Positions 1-12,800 of a DNA stretch of 64,000 nucleotides are shown here, piece after piece. The DNA is from Malacoraja senta (lineage: Eukaryota), in NCBI GenBank assembly GCA_038087875.1, contig CM075991.1, positions 12,340,001 to 12,404,000 on the forward strand. The letters are read 5' to 3'. A program made the position numbers and the translations under genes. The notes beneath the pieces are model-generated. The model worked only from the letters and a program-made list of their open reading frames with translations. It was not told the DNA's origin and did no database searches. Position 1 is the stretch's first letter, and each line of letters opens with the position of its first letter.

Positions 1-312
1 CGCTGGGAGAAGGTGAAGCGCAAGAAAATCTTCCGCCTGTTGGTGTTGGTGGTGACGGTGTTCGGCGCTTGCTGGCTCCCTCTCAATGTCTTCAACATCA
101 TCCGTGACATAGACATCAACCTGATCAACAAGGACTATTTCAACCTCATCCAGCTGCTGTGCCACTGCTCGGCCATGACCTCCGCCTGCTGCAACCCTTT
201 CCTCTACGCTTGGCTCCACGACCGATTCAGGGCAGAGCTGAAGAAGATGTTCACTTGTAAGAAGAAGATCGTTCCCATTAACAACTGCATCGCGGTGAGC
301 GTCGTCCTATGA
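1..312 (+). CDS. PRLHR: 3' end (ICL3, TM6, TM7, C-tail) of a prolactin-releasing peptide receptor family class A GPCR; 5' part lies outside the window; probably the non-mammalian PRLHR2-type paralog
   Basis: Frame 1 is open from base 1 (RWEKVKRKKIFRLL...). It contains the TM6 motif CWLPLNVFN, IRDIDINLI, TM7 SACCNPFLYAWLHDRFRAEL and a C-terminal PDZ-type SVVL*, all typical of PrRP receptors. Paralog identity is inferred. Confidence 0.88.
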   Translation, partial: RWEKVKRKKIFRLLVLVVTVFGACWLPLNVFNIIRDIDINLINKDYFNLIQLLCHCSAMTSACCNPFLYAWLHDRFRAELKKMFTCKKKIVPINNCIAVSVVL

Positions 313-1154
313 GGCAGCCGATGGGACTTCTCAATCTTCCCCTCCCCTTGCTGGCGTGACCTCAGTGGTCAGATGTCCACCCCCCACCCCCGTCCCCCAA
401 TCTGACTGGGTGTTGGACAACTCTTGGTCAATGTGCAGACTGGTGCAGTTAATGTTGTCTTGCCCACCCCACCATCGCATTGTTGAATCCTTCTCAGCCG
501 TCGGCAATGCTTGAAATACTCATTGCTTCAAGGGCAGCACAGTGGCGCAGCGCGTTCTCCCTGTGACCGTGTGGGTTGTCTCCGGGTGCTCCAGTTCCCT
601 CCCACATCCCAAAGACGTGCACAGTTTGTGGATTCATTAGCTTCTGTAAATTGTCCTGAGTGTGTAGGGTAGAACCAGCATTTGGGTGATCATTGGTCAG
701 CGTGGACTTGGTGGGCTGAAGGACCCGTTTCCACACTGTATCTCTAAACTAAACACAGTGCGATGTTGATCTTTTGCGGAGTTAAACCAGGGCAGGATCA
801 CAGTGAATGATATTGTCCTGGGGAGTGTTGTAGAGCAGATTGGTCGAGGAAAACAAGTACATAGTTCTCTCAAAGTGACGTTCCAGATGAAGAAGGCTCT
901 TGCGACATTGTCTTCATCAGTCAGGGTAGTGAATATAGAAGATAGACACAAAAAGCTGGAGTAACTCAGCGGGACAGGCAGCATCTCTGGAGAGAAGGAA
1001 TGGGTGACTTTTCGGGTCGAGACCCTTCTTCAGACTGAAAGTCACAGAAAAGGGAAACGAGAGATATAGACGCTGATGTAGAGATATAGAACAAATGAAT
1101 GAAAGATATGCAAAAAAAGTATCAATGACAAAGGGAACAGGTCATTGTTAACTG

Positions 1155-1460
1155 TTGTACCAGACATTTGTGAGGCTGCATTTGGAACACTATGTTCAGT
1201 TTTGGTGCAGGGAAAAATGCTATGAAGCTGGAGCGAGGGCAGAAAAGATTTGTGAGGATGTTGCCAATACCGGAGGGCCTGAGCTATGGGGAGAGGTGGA
1301 GGTGAGGGGTGATCTTATAGAGGTATATAAAATCATGAGGGGAATAGATAGGGTGAAGGCACTGGGTCTCTTTCTCAAGGGAGGGAGGGGTGAATCAAGA
1401 ACTAGAGGCATTGGTTAAAGTGAGAGGGGAAATATTTAATAGGAATCTGAGGGGCAGCCT
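1155..1460 (+). mobile_element. Degraded CR1 LINE fragment
   Basis: VRLHLEHYVQFW...RGDLIEVYKIMRGID. Confidence 0.75.
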
Positions 1461-1619
1461 TTCCAAGGTGGTGATTCCAGCCTCTTTGTGCTTTGCCTGA
1501 GGAGTAGTTCCTAGAGTGATCACTAGATAGCGATCACAAGCAGCACATCTGTCCAAGGCTAGCTCCCTATAAGACAAGTGGACTCACAGAGATATATAAC
1601 AAAACAAAGTAACGTTTTA

Positions 1620-1950
1620 CTCAGAAGATAGATGCAAAATGCTGGAGTAACTTAGCGAGACAGGCGGCATCTCTGGGGAGGAGGAATGGGTGACGATTCG
1701 GGTCGAGACCCTTCTTCAGACTGAAAGTTACAGAAAAGGGAAACGAGAGATATAGTCGGCGATGTAGAGATATAGAACAAATGAATGAAAGATATGCAAA
1801 AAAAGTATTAATGATAAAGGGAAAAGGTGAGAACGAAAGTTGATGTGATTTGGGTGGGGGAAGAATTGCCAGAGAGAGGGAATGCAGGGGTTACTTGAAG
1901 TTAGCGAAATCAATATTCAATATATGGCTTGTAAGCTGCCCAAGCGAATG
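1620..1950 (-). mobile_element. Penelope-like element 3' fragment (GIY-YIG C-terminus, 3' region, degenerate hammerhead-bearing terminal repeat)
   Basis: Minus strand of 1870-1949 reads FRLGSLQ..NIDFANFK*, then runs into CTGAAGAAGGGTCTCGACCCGAATCGTC and the common terminal-repeat segment. Confidence 0.65.
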
Positions 1951-2694
1951 TAGAAACAAGGAACTGCAGATACTGAAAAAATAGACACAAAGTGCTGGAA
2001 TAATTCAGCGAGTCATGCAGCATTTCTGGAGAACATGAGTAGGTGACATTTCGGCCGTGAGGCAGTGGGTCTACCTGCTGCACCACTGTGCCGCCCTTTA
2101 GAAAACATACCTTTAAGGAGAATATGTAATTTCTAGTATATTTAACTGAACGTGTTTGTAAAAATGGTGAGATTTGGTTCATTTTAATGTTTCTATCGTT
2201 CATAAAGTCATGTAAAGTATGAATCACGGTACAGTCTGTGACTGAGTCAACCCCTCACTGAGGCATTTTGCATTGTTTGGATCCAAAAGCATTTTAGTGT
2301 GTACTAAAAATAACATTTTACAAAGAGGGGGAAGAGACAACAACGCTGCTGGTAAACCATAAATGATTAAAGCACATTTATCCATGAATTGTTTTTGTGT
2401 GATGTTACCTTGTATACCGCTGAGAATCTATATTAATTTCACAAACATAGATGTTGTATTATGGAAAATATTGTTGATTTTTCACAAACTTTGTATCTGT
2501 GGCAAGATATCACAACAGGTGCTAAATCAGAGATATTTAATATTGTTGTATTCAAATCAAATTGAAAACAATGTTATTCCATCAATGAGTTGCGTTAATA
2601 TGCATTTATTGGCCATTAGAGAGGTGCCTAGCAAGAAGAATAGTATTGTAGTTGTTGCAGGAGGCTTTGTGCAATTTCATTAGAAGATATAAAC

Positions 2695-2990
2695 ACGGTG
2701 GCACAGCGGTAGAGTTGCTGCCTTGCAGCGTCAGTAGACCCGGGTTCGATCCTGACCAAGGGCGATTGTCTGTACAGAATTTGTACATTCTCCCTGTGAC
2801 CTGGGTGAGTTTTCTCCAAGATCTTCGGTTTCCTCCCACACTCCAAAGATGGACAGGTTTGTAGATTAATTGGCTTGGTATAAGTGTAAATTGTCCCTAG
2901 TGTGTGTAGGGTAGTGTTAATGTGCGGGGATCGCTGGTCGGTGCAGACTCGGTGGGCCGAAGGGCCTGTTTCCGCGCTGTATCTCTAAAA
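2695..2990 (+). mobile_element. tRNA-derived V-SINE (HE1-like), near full length
   Basis: A box TGGCACAGCGG, B box GGTTCGATCC, V-domain TTCTCCCTGTGACC...GGTTTCCTCCCACACTCCAAAGA, and a CR1-like tail GGGCCGAAGGGCCTGTTTCCGCGCTGTATCTCTAAA. More than 20 related copies occur in the window. Confidence 0.85.
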
Positions 2991-3085
2991 GATCATGCTC
3001 CACTCTATGATCTTTGCTGGAAACTGAGCAGGTCAGGCAGCCACTTTAGAGGACACAGATAGGGGGCAATGTTTCATGTTATGAC

Positions 3086-3480
3086 CAAAGATCCTATAGT
3101 AAGCAAGATAGACCACTCCTTCTAAATGCAATGGGCTGACGTGTAGTACGCAACGGAGCGGAACGTGGGCCCTTTTTTTCATCCATTTCAGTAACCCGAC
3201 CCGACCCGACTCGCAGTGTAATCAACGTTGCGGGGGAACAGTTTGTGTTAATAAATTATAATTCTGAAAATGAGGAGAAGATTTTTCCCAAATAACTTTT
3301 ATTTTTACGAGGATGTTTCCGTAACCGGCTTCTGTCTCCGCACTAGTATCCTATGGGATCTTTGGTGCGGAGACGGAAGCCGGTTACGGACATGGGGCCA
3401 AAAATTACCCATGAATCTGCCCATGACCGTACTACGTCTTTTTCGTCGAGTGGTCTATCTTGCTCGCTATAGGTTCTTTG
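3086..3480. mobile_element. Non-autonomous DNA transposon (MITE) with 8-bp TSD, hAT- or P-type
   Basis: ~33-bp imperfect TIRs (CAAAGATCCTATAGTAAGCAAGATAGACCACTC and its reverse complement); exact TSD GTTATGAC at 3078-3085 and 3481-3488. Confidence 0.85.
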
Positions 3481-3633
3481 GTTATGACCATTCTTCAGAC
3501 ACATTCCCTGCATATCCATGTACCTTTCTAAAAGCCTCTCAAACGCCACGATAGGATATGCCTCCACCAACACCGCCTCCTCTGGTCGATTAACACAAAA
3601 CACACAGATAAATATAGGATGTAGACAAAAACG

Positions 3634-3661
3634 CTGAAGAAGGGTCTCGACCCGAAACGTT
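3634..3661 (+). ncRNA. Minimal (Penelope-type) hammerhead ribozyme core motif
   Basis: CTGAAGA-A-GGGTC-TC-GACCC-GAAAC-GTT; helix III is replaced by the ACGT palindrome. Activity untested. Confidence 0.55.
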
Positions 3662-3883
3662 GCCAATTTCCTTCGCTCCATAGATGCTGCCTCACCCGCT
3701 GAATTTATCCAGCACTTTTGTCTACCTTCGATTTTCCAGCATCTGCAGTTCCTTCTTAAACAATAAATATAGGATGATCAATACAATAAATTAATAACCA
3801 GTAATTATGGGTAACTGGCTCATAATTGTACAAAGATCAAAGTCTACAGCACATGAGGAAATAAGGTCCAGGTGAATTCAGAG

Positions 3884-4088
3884 CAGAGGTCCCCAACCTT
3901 TTTCGCCTGTTTACACCTGGCAAATTTTCGAAAGTAAATTTACCCCCACCCTGTTTTGTTCAGTAATTTGAGCTTACACTTCTACTGTAATAAAGCAACC
4001 GATAAAGGAGACATTTTAAAATACTGTTTTTAACATTATTATTTTAAGTTCCAGAATCAACAAATTTACCCCAGGTTGGAAACCTTTG
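3884..4088. mobile_element. hAT-Charlie-like MITE
   Basis: Ends CAGAGGTCCCCAACC...GGTTGGAAACCTTTG; TSD ATTCAGAG/GTTCAGAG (7/8). Confidence 0.7.
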
Positions 4089-5422
4089 GTTCAGAGGAAG
4101 TGCGGGAAAGTAACGGGAGTGGGGTAAATATCTGAAGGGTCTCGACCTGAAACATCACCCATTCCTTCTCTCCAGAGATGCTGCCTGTCCCGCTGAGTTA
4201 CTGCAGCTTTTAGTGACTATCATGGTAAATATCAGCTGGGAGCCAGATGACAAACCATTGTTATTTTGAAGAGTTGGATGGAGGATATTTGAAGTTTTAA
4301 TGTATTTGTGGTTAATGTTGGGAGACTTGTTGGGCGAGGCCTAGGTATTGAATGTTGAGGCTGGGAGGTCTAACCTTTGCCGATCGGCAATAATCTTTAC
4401 CTGGCACCTGTGTGGCACCAACATTACCGGCGACCTCTCAGCCCATGCCTGGAAGATGTCCATTAGTCATTGGAGCAGAAATAGCCCATTCAGCCCATCG
4501 AGTCTACTCCCCCATTCAATCACGCCTGATCTATCTTTCCCTCTCAACTCCCTTATCCCCATAACCTTTGACACCCTTGCTTATCAAGAATCTGTCAACC
4601 TCTGCCTTAAAAATACCCAATGACTTGGCCTCCACAGCCTTCCGTGGCAATGGATTCCACAGATTCACCACCCTCTGACTAATAAGTTAAACTAAACTGT
4701 TGACTGAAGGTTGATGAAACACACCAGTCAGTGGTTGCAGGAGAGGTTTGGAGAGAGAGGGTTGAGCCAGCATCCCAGACAGTGTAAAATGCCCAATTCT
4801 CCCACTTCACGATGGCAGGTGAGACAAGGATATGGTGAATACTGAGAACAGATTCACAGTGTGTAGGAAAATACTGCAGATGCTGGTTTAAATCGAAGGT
4901 AGATGCAAATGCTGGAGTAACTCAGTGGGTGAGGCAGCATCTCTGGAGAGAAGGAATGGGCGACAGACACCTAATGCTGGAGTAACGTCGCCCATTCCTT
5001 CTCTCCAGAGATGCTGCCTCACCCGCTGAGTTACTCCAGCATTTTGTGTCTACAACAGACTCACAATGCTCTGAAAAGGAAATTATTCACTGCTATTCTG
5101 GGAACCAACAATAATGTGCATTTAAAAAATATTTTTTAAATATTCCCCTGCTCTGCCTCTGAATCAAAGTGATATGTTGCACAACACCCCAGAGGCAAGA
5201 GATTTGCAGCAAAAGTGAACATTGCTGGAATAACTCAGCAGGCGTGGCAGTGTTTTGTTTGCAAGAGGGACGTGCAATTAATGTACCTGACCTTTCATCT
5301 GAAATGTCAGTGACGGAGTTAATTTGGTGTCACGAAGGGACAGGGTGGAGGGGGGTGTGGGTGGGAGGGGAGGGGGGAGACGGAGGGGTGGGGGGGAGGG
5401 GACGGATGACTCAAGGAACAAG

Positions 5423-5622
5423 NNNNNNNNNNNNNNNNNNNNNNNNNNNNNNNNNNNNNNNNNNNNNNNNNNNNNNNNNNNNNNNNNNNNNNNNNNNNNN
5501 NNNNNNNNNNNNNNNNNNNNNNNNNNNNNNNNNNNNNNNNNNNNNNNNNNNNNNNNNNNNNNNNNNNNNNNNNNNNNNNNNNNNNNNNNNNNNNNNNNNN
5601 NNNNNNNNNNNNNNNNNNNNNN
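5423..5622. other. Assembly gap (200 N)
   Basis: Run of N. Confidence 0.99.
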
Positions 5623-5659
5623 CCCGAACACTATCCTACACTATCCATCATATGCTGAG

Positions 5660-5840
5660 AGAATGGATGCGGCTGGGCTTGTATACACTGGGATTTAGAA
5701 GGATGAGAGGGGATCTTATTGAAACATATAAGATTAATAAGGGATTGGACATGCTAGAGGCAGGAAACATGTTCCCGATGTTGGGGGAGTCCAGAACCAG
5801 GGGCCACAAGGTTTAAGAATAAGGGGCAAGCCATTTAGAA
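5660..5840 (+). mobile_element. CR1 LINE fragment
   Basis: LGLYTLGFRRMRGDLIETYKI...SRTRGH. Confidence 0.8.
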
Positions 5841-6959
5841 AGGGTCGTCTGTCTATTCCCTCCACAGATGCTGACTGACCCGCTGAGTTTCTCAAGCATT
5901 GTATTTTGCTTTTTGGATTAATTGAAAGATGCGGTGTGGAAACAGGCCCTTTGGCCGACCATCGCTCACCTGTTCACACTAGTTTGTGTGTTATCCCACT
6001 TTCTGATCCACTCCCTACACACTAGGAGCAATTAACCTACAAACCCGCATGACTTTGGGATGTGGGAGGAAACCGGAGCACCTGGAGAAAACCCACCTGG
6101 CCACAGGGAGAACGTACAAACTCCATACAAACATTGCCCGAGGTCAGAATCGAACTGGGTCCCTGGCGCGATGAGGCAGCTGTGCCATTGGCTTTTGACT
6201 TTTATCAGCAAACGTTGTGCAGTGATTACTTAGTAAGGTTTGCAGTGCAGAGCCAAACATTAATCCCACATATTAATAAGAAATTGTAGCTGAACAAATT
6301 AAATGTTTTGATAACAGAGGCAAGATTTCCCCCATTATTTCCGGGCAAGAGTTCATGTGATCTAGATTTTCCGTCTGAATGTGGCCAGTCAGAGGGGACA
6401 CACACACACTCTCTCTCTCTGATGTCTTGGGTTGTAAGCAGGAGGTCTCGAGGTAAAATGATGAGTCACTTTAGCCTTCAACCACCGTGTTTAGCTGGCG
6501 TTGAGTAAGAGCTTTAAGGTGCCATAATGATCTTATCGCAACCTTAGAGAATCACGGAGGTGTATAAGGACTTGCACAAGTTGCACTGCTCTGCAGCCAG
6601 GCCTTTGGTGAACCTTAACACAACAAAGAGTGTCCAGTGATTTCTGCTGAGCTTGACGTTCTCATACACGTCTCCCTTCACCTTGGCCCTTGGTCTCCTC
6701 CACCCCCACCACCCTGAGCGGGCAACTCCGCTGCAAATAACACCCAACAAAGAATTGCATTGAAAACAAGTACGTATTCAAGTCAAGAGAGTCTATTGTC
6801 GTGTGTCCCTGACAGGACAATGAGATTCTTGCTTTGCTTCAGCACAACAGAACATAGTAGGCATTGACTACAAAACAGATCAGTGTGTCCATATACCATT
6901 ATATACGTAAATATTCTGCACTGTACCCCTCATTCCAGTTGGTCTCTGAGCACACTGTA

Positions 6960-7275
6960 GATTTTAATTTACTTTAGATTTTAGAGATACAGAATAGAGA
7001 CAGACCCTACGGCCCATCGAGTCCGTGCCGACCTGCTATCACCTGTACACTAGTTCTATCCGACACACACTGGGGACAATTTACAATTTAACGGAAGCCA
7101 ATTAACCTACAAACCCGTACATCTTTTTAGTGTGGGAGGAAACCGGAGCACCCGGAGAATACCCACGCGGTCACAGAGAGAACGTACAAACTCCACGCAG
7201 GCAGCTCCTGCAGTCAGGATCGAACCCGGGTCTCTGGCCCTGCGAGGAGGCAGCAACTCTACCGCTGCGCCACCA
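6960..7275 (-). mobile_element. V-SINE copy
   Basis: Reverse complement of the 2695-2990 consensus. Confidence 0.8.
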
Positions 7276-8667
7276 TGGAGTACTTGTGTGCAGTTATGGT
7301 CGTCTAGCTTAAGAACAGAATGTCATTAAGTTGGAAAGGGTGCAGAAGAGATTCACCAGGGTGATGTCTGGGCTGGAGTTATGGGAGAGGATGCTTCAGC
7401 TATGACAGTGGTCCCAACTTGTGCATTCACAAGTTATGAAGCTGCTAGTTATATACATGCTAGTTATGTGTTTTAGTTTCCTCTCTCCCCTTCACTCTCT
7501 TAATGCAGGGAAATGGGATTAGTGTGGATGGCCAAAAATGTTGGCATGTGCATAGTGGGTTAAAAGGATGTTTCTTTGTGGTAGGACTGTATGAATTTTG
7601 TCTTTCCCTCTCTCCACATCACTCTATCCCCCTCCCTCTATCATCCCCTCTCCTCGCCCCCCCCCCCCCCCGTCTCTACCACCTCTGTCTGCCTCTCTCC
7701 GCCCACGACATCATCACCAACTGCAGATCACACTCTTTTAAAGACACTTATCTTGCCGCCGGTTAATGTTCAACAGGTGCCAATGTACACTAATCAGCTG
7801 GTATCAAGGCCACAGTCAGCTTTTAAAATAGAGCAATTATAATTGAGCTGCAGATATGGGGCATATGTCCTCACAAAGCCCCTGAATCATTGCCTTGGCT
7901 GGCAGTCAGCAATCAATGTCATTGATCATTCAACAAGGTTCCTCACGCACACACCCATTCCAACTAAGGACCTCAAACTGACCCCAGTGCGTGACAAACC
8001 CCACCTCACATCCTGAATCACACCTCCAATGGGCGAGCTGGGGCAAAATGGGTGAACAAGGAGAGACAAGGAACTGCAGACGCTGGTTTACAAACAAAGA
8101 CACACAGTGCTGGAGTAACTCAGTGTGTCAGGCAGTATCCCTGGAGAAGATATATACCTACAGAAGCTACACAAAAATGCTGGAGAACCCCCAAACCCCA
8201 TAGATGCTGCTGCACCCGCTGAGTTTCTCCAGCATTTTTGTGTAGCTTCGATTTTCCAGCATCTGCAGTTCCTTCTTTAATACCTACAGAAGGTGACTGA
8301 ACTGCTTTTGAGGAATGTGATCATGGATTAGATTAGTGGGCCATGATCCAAAGGCAATTAATTGATCCACCCACGTTTGTATCGGTTAGTACAGTGAGTA
8401 GACAACGGTTTCACTTTCACCTTCTTTCCCAGCCCCCGATTCATTCTCGGAGGCTCGGATGGACGACATTATTCTGGCTGTAAGGTGTTTTTACGGGTGG
8501 GAAAGCCAAAACTGGGGTCTCACCAGTCAGTGTGGCCCCCACATTGGTGTAATGGCCAAGATAGCACACCAGCGCCAGAGACTCCGAGATCTTCGGTTTC
8601 CTCCCGCACTCCAAAGACGTACAGGTTTGTAGGTTAATTGGCTTGGTATGTGTGTAAATTATCCCTA

Positions 8668-8988
8668 AGGGACTGTCCCACATACCCGATTTTTTCGGTG
8701 ACTTGCCGGAACCCGGCATAGTCGCAGCAGGTTGCGGAATTTTTTTTAAATGTTGAAAATCCAGCGGTGACCAGAAAAAGGTATCACTCTTTGGGCGACA
8801 ACTCATCACCAAATAGGCATCACCCCACGACCGCCTGCCTGTTTGGTGGTGCGTAGTCGCCCAAAGAGTCGTACCTTTTTCTGGTCGCTGCTGGATTTTC
8901 AACATGTTGAAAATATTTGGCAACCTGCTGCGACTATGATGGGTGCCGGCAAGTCGCCGAAAAAAATCACGTAAGTGGGACAGGCCCA
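8668..8988. mobile_element. Harbinger-type MITE (family A) nested in a V-SINE
   Basis: Ends GGGACTGTCCCAC...GTGGGACAGGCCC; internally palindromic; splits the SINE at 8583-9078. Confidence 0.8.
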
Positions 8989-9538
8989 AAGGTGTGCGGG
9001 GATCGCTGGTCGGCACGGACCCGGTGGGCCGAAGGGCCTGTTTCCGTGCTGTATATCTAATCTAAACTAAACTAAAACTATCCACGTTCTCCAGCAATGC
9101 TGCCTGACCTGCTGTGTTACTCCGGCACTTTGTGTCTATCTGTGGCATAAACTAGCACCTGCAGTTCCTCCTTAGTACATTGAGATGTTGTTCCTTCCTT
9201 CAGCTGTAAATATCTTCTCCACCCACCAGGTGGCAGTAGGGGACCACGTTGACCATTGCCAGAGACATTGACATCTACTCGGCCATCACTGACCTTGAGG
9301 AGATAATGTCTGAAGGGTTTCGGCTCGAAACGTTGCCTATTTCCTTCGCTCCATAGATGCTGCTGCACCCGCTGAGTTTCTCCAGCATTTTTGTGTACCT
9401 TCACTGACCTTGCTTCTTGTCCTTCATTATATAGAGGTCAGTGACCAGTCACCTGTTGCAGAGTTACCTGCCCGACCTCTCCCCATACCCAATGACTGGC
9501 TTTGCTTCATGCCTCCTTCAGTCCCCTGAACTGCCCAG

Positions 9539-9680
9539 GAACAGCACCTCATATTCCACTTGGGCAGCTTACACCCCAGCGGTATGAACATTGACCTCTA
9601 ACTTCAAGTAACCCTTGCTTTCCCTCTCTCTCCGTCCCTCCCACATCCTAGTTTTCCGACCAGTCTGACTGTCCACCCAA
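9539..9680 (+). mobile_element. Penelope-like element fragment (GIY-YIG endonuclease C-terminus)
   Basis: EQHLIFHLGSLHPSGMNID at 9539-9595, homologous to the fragment at 1870-1949. Confidence 0.65.
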
Positions 9681-9869
9681 TTCAATTTTTAAGAAAGAAC
9701 TGCAGATGCTGGAAAAATCGAAGGTGGACAAAAATGCTTGATAGCTCAGCGGGTGAGGCAGCATCTATGGAGCGAAGGAAATACACGGATTAAAAGTAGC
9801 AATGAAAGATCGAGATGATGCCGATTTCTTTCAACCTTTTTTATCACTTTAAAATGAAGCTAGAACACA

Positions 9870-12800
9870 CACCTGTCATAAAAAGTATATTTTTATTTTT
9901 CAAGCTTTTCTAAGTTATAAAACACATCAAGTGGCAGAAAATTGCTACATTCATTTACTGGTCTTAATGGCAGATAAAATCAGTATAACAAATATTGCCA
10001 TTTTCATAAAGTTTAACATGCACGAGCTGTACATTCAATAGGCAATAAAAAGTATTGAACATCCTGTAAGATATTCTCATCCAATCGCCACCAGTGCTGG
10101 CAATATCGCTCATCTTCCACCCAGTGCAATCGTTTTATTGGGAGGTGGTTTCTGGATGCACATCATTGCCAATCGGAGAACCCTTTCCCGTGGGCAGTCT
10201 GTATTGCCCACAAACAAGTCTTGTCTTGGATCCTGTATGTTCCGTTGGGATTCTTTTCATGTTGGTGGCATTGAGAGCAGTTACACTGGGAGAGAGCTTA
10301 TCTAAAGATGGTTGGTGTGACTGCAGGACACTGGTGCAGACACCCCCCCCCCCCCCCCAACGCCAGGAGGGAGAGATAGATCAGCCATGGTTGAATGGCG
10401 CAGTAGACTTGATGGGCCGAATGGCCTAATTCTACTCCTATCACGTATGACCTTAATTGCACTCAAATTTCCAGCCACTGGATTTCCATTTGCGAAGAGT
10501 TCTGTACAATAGTGTTCTACCCAGTATAAGGACCTATACAGCAGCATTGGAAAATACTCGACTCCACTGTGAAATGGAAGAGTCAAAAGTTTCACAGCAA
10601 AAAAAAAAAGGCAAGTGCAGATGATCACCTGGCCTTAAAGATTCCAATCAGAAGCAAAGGTTGTATTGCCCATATTAACATGTAAAGTACCAAGCAATGC
10701 AACCCCAACACTGTCCAACACACAATATGGCATCAGTATCAAAGATTGGCTGAACATTAGAAGCCCACTCTGATTTGCTTCCATGGCCTCTGCTCGATAA
10801 CACCCCCAAACTACAGGGCCAGCCAGGGTCAAAGCTGAGGCTTAGTTTAGTTTAGAGATATAGCATGGAAACAGGCCCCTTCAGTCCACACCGACCATCG
10901 ATCACCTCTGCACCAAGGGTGGGTAGGGAGGTACTTATTAATTTGCTGACAGCTTCATGGGCCTGGAGGTGGAAGCACACGAGTCTTGTTCTACTCCTGG
11001 ACCAAGAGGCAAATAAACAAAGGCTGAAAACGAGGATCTTTTGGATTTAATTTCCGGTGGGAAATCGGAAACAAGACGGTGACATTATCATCTGCATGGA
11101 AGAGATGGGACATCACAGTAAGATGCATTTGATACAGCCCGCATTCAGTATGCTGATGGGGACGACTTGGAATAGACAGCAGTGGAACAGCGGTCGGTAC
11201 AGCACCAGAGACCCAGGTTCAATCCCGACCCCAGGTGCTGCCTGTACGGTGTTTGCATGTTCTCCATCACAGGGACATGCAGGATCATCAAACACGGTGG
11301 ATTGCCACTTACCCACACATGAGGGGCAAGATCTGGAATGAATGGGAATGATTGGAGACTAGCATGGACTCAAATGGACTGATTATATATTCGCTCTATA
11401 TCTAAAAAAAATACAAACGCTCGGATTTAAAAGGAGAGATCAAACATGTCAGGAACTTCATCACTGGGCTTTGAAAGGCTAAACTATGGTTTGTTCCAAC
11501 TTTGTGGGGACTTTAGAGAAGAGTCTCAACCCGAAACGTCACCCATTCCTTCTCTCCAGAGATGCTGCCTGTCCCAGCCGAGCATTTTGTGTCTATCTTT
11601 AGGGAAACCTTTATGTACAAAATGAGTTTGGGATACCTGCAAACATGGATCTATTCTTGATATTCCATCCCAAAGCAAGGGCTTTCTGTAATCAGAACAT
11701 TGATTCGAGACAAGGGTGGACTGTAGGGTCACAGATCAGCCACCAGTCTCACCGAGGACAAGAGGTCTTCAGAACCACAGCGACTTTCTCCATAAAATCG
11801 AATAAGCATAAACGACATTCAATAGCTGTACATTCTCTGGAGTTCTGGGCACATCTGTGTTCACTGGAACACAGTCCTGTCCTGTCAAAAACTTTCACCC
11901 TCATAACATTCCTATTTCTATTTACATCTATAATTGGATTGAGATGTGATAGTTTTTTTCAACGCTCCACGCAAAATAAAACACTCAGGATCCACTCAAG
12001 AAACACACACGAACGCACGCACGCGCACTGCCACAGCTCAAAACATTACATCCCCAACCAGGAACATTTGGATAGCAATGAGTTATAAAACACCCCCAAC
12101 CGTACCTGCGTACATTTAAATCTCACCAATATATTAAGTTGCGTAAAATAATATGTACTGTACAAATTCAGCCTAAAATGCTGATCATTCACCAAAATGG
12201 AGAGTTACAAATCAGACCTAAAGTCTTATCATCCCAGTTGTGCAAATCAGTTTAAAAAAAAGATGCATTTTATTCTTGTTTATCTAAAAATATACATATC
12301 ATAAGCTTCCCCTCACACTGTTTAGTTGCTAGTCTAACACAATGTGCAATGTTTTACTCTGGTTTTTGGATTTACTAAGTCCGTGAACATTTAAAGATGT
12401 ATTCACATCTACAATTGCTAAGCAGGAACGGGTATTTCTAGTTGATTCTTCACTAGGCTGGGGCAGTGGTACCAAGTGTTCTGAAAGAGAGTTCTCCTTC
12501 CTGCAGTCTCCCGCCCAAAGGCCTGGCCAAGTGGGCAGGTGTAGCTGTGGGGATGGCTGCATGCTGGATAACGAAACCACGATGGACAACTCAAAAATCC
12601 GCACAGTATTAGGAATCTGCTGCTGTCTCTGTCCAATCCTTTAGGCTCTGCAGTGATGGAAGGCGACAACTTTGCTTTGAAAGTTTAGTTTAGAGATACG
12701 ACATTGAAACTGATCCACCAAGTCCACACCGACCATCGATCACCCGTTCATGCCAGTTGGATGTTATCCCACTTTCACACCCACTCCCTACACACCAGGG

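Noticed and set aside
2695..2770. tRNA gene (A and B boxes)
   Set aside because: It is the head of a V-SINE and continues into the SINE body and tail.
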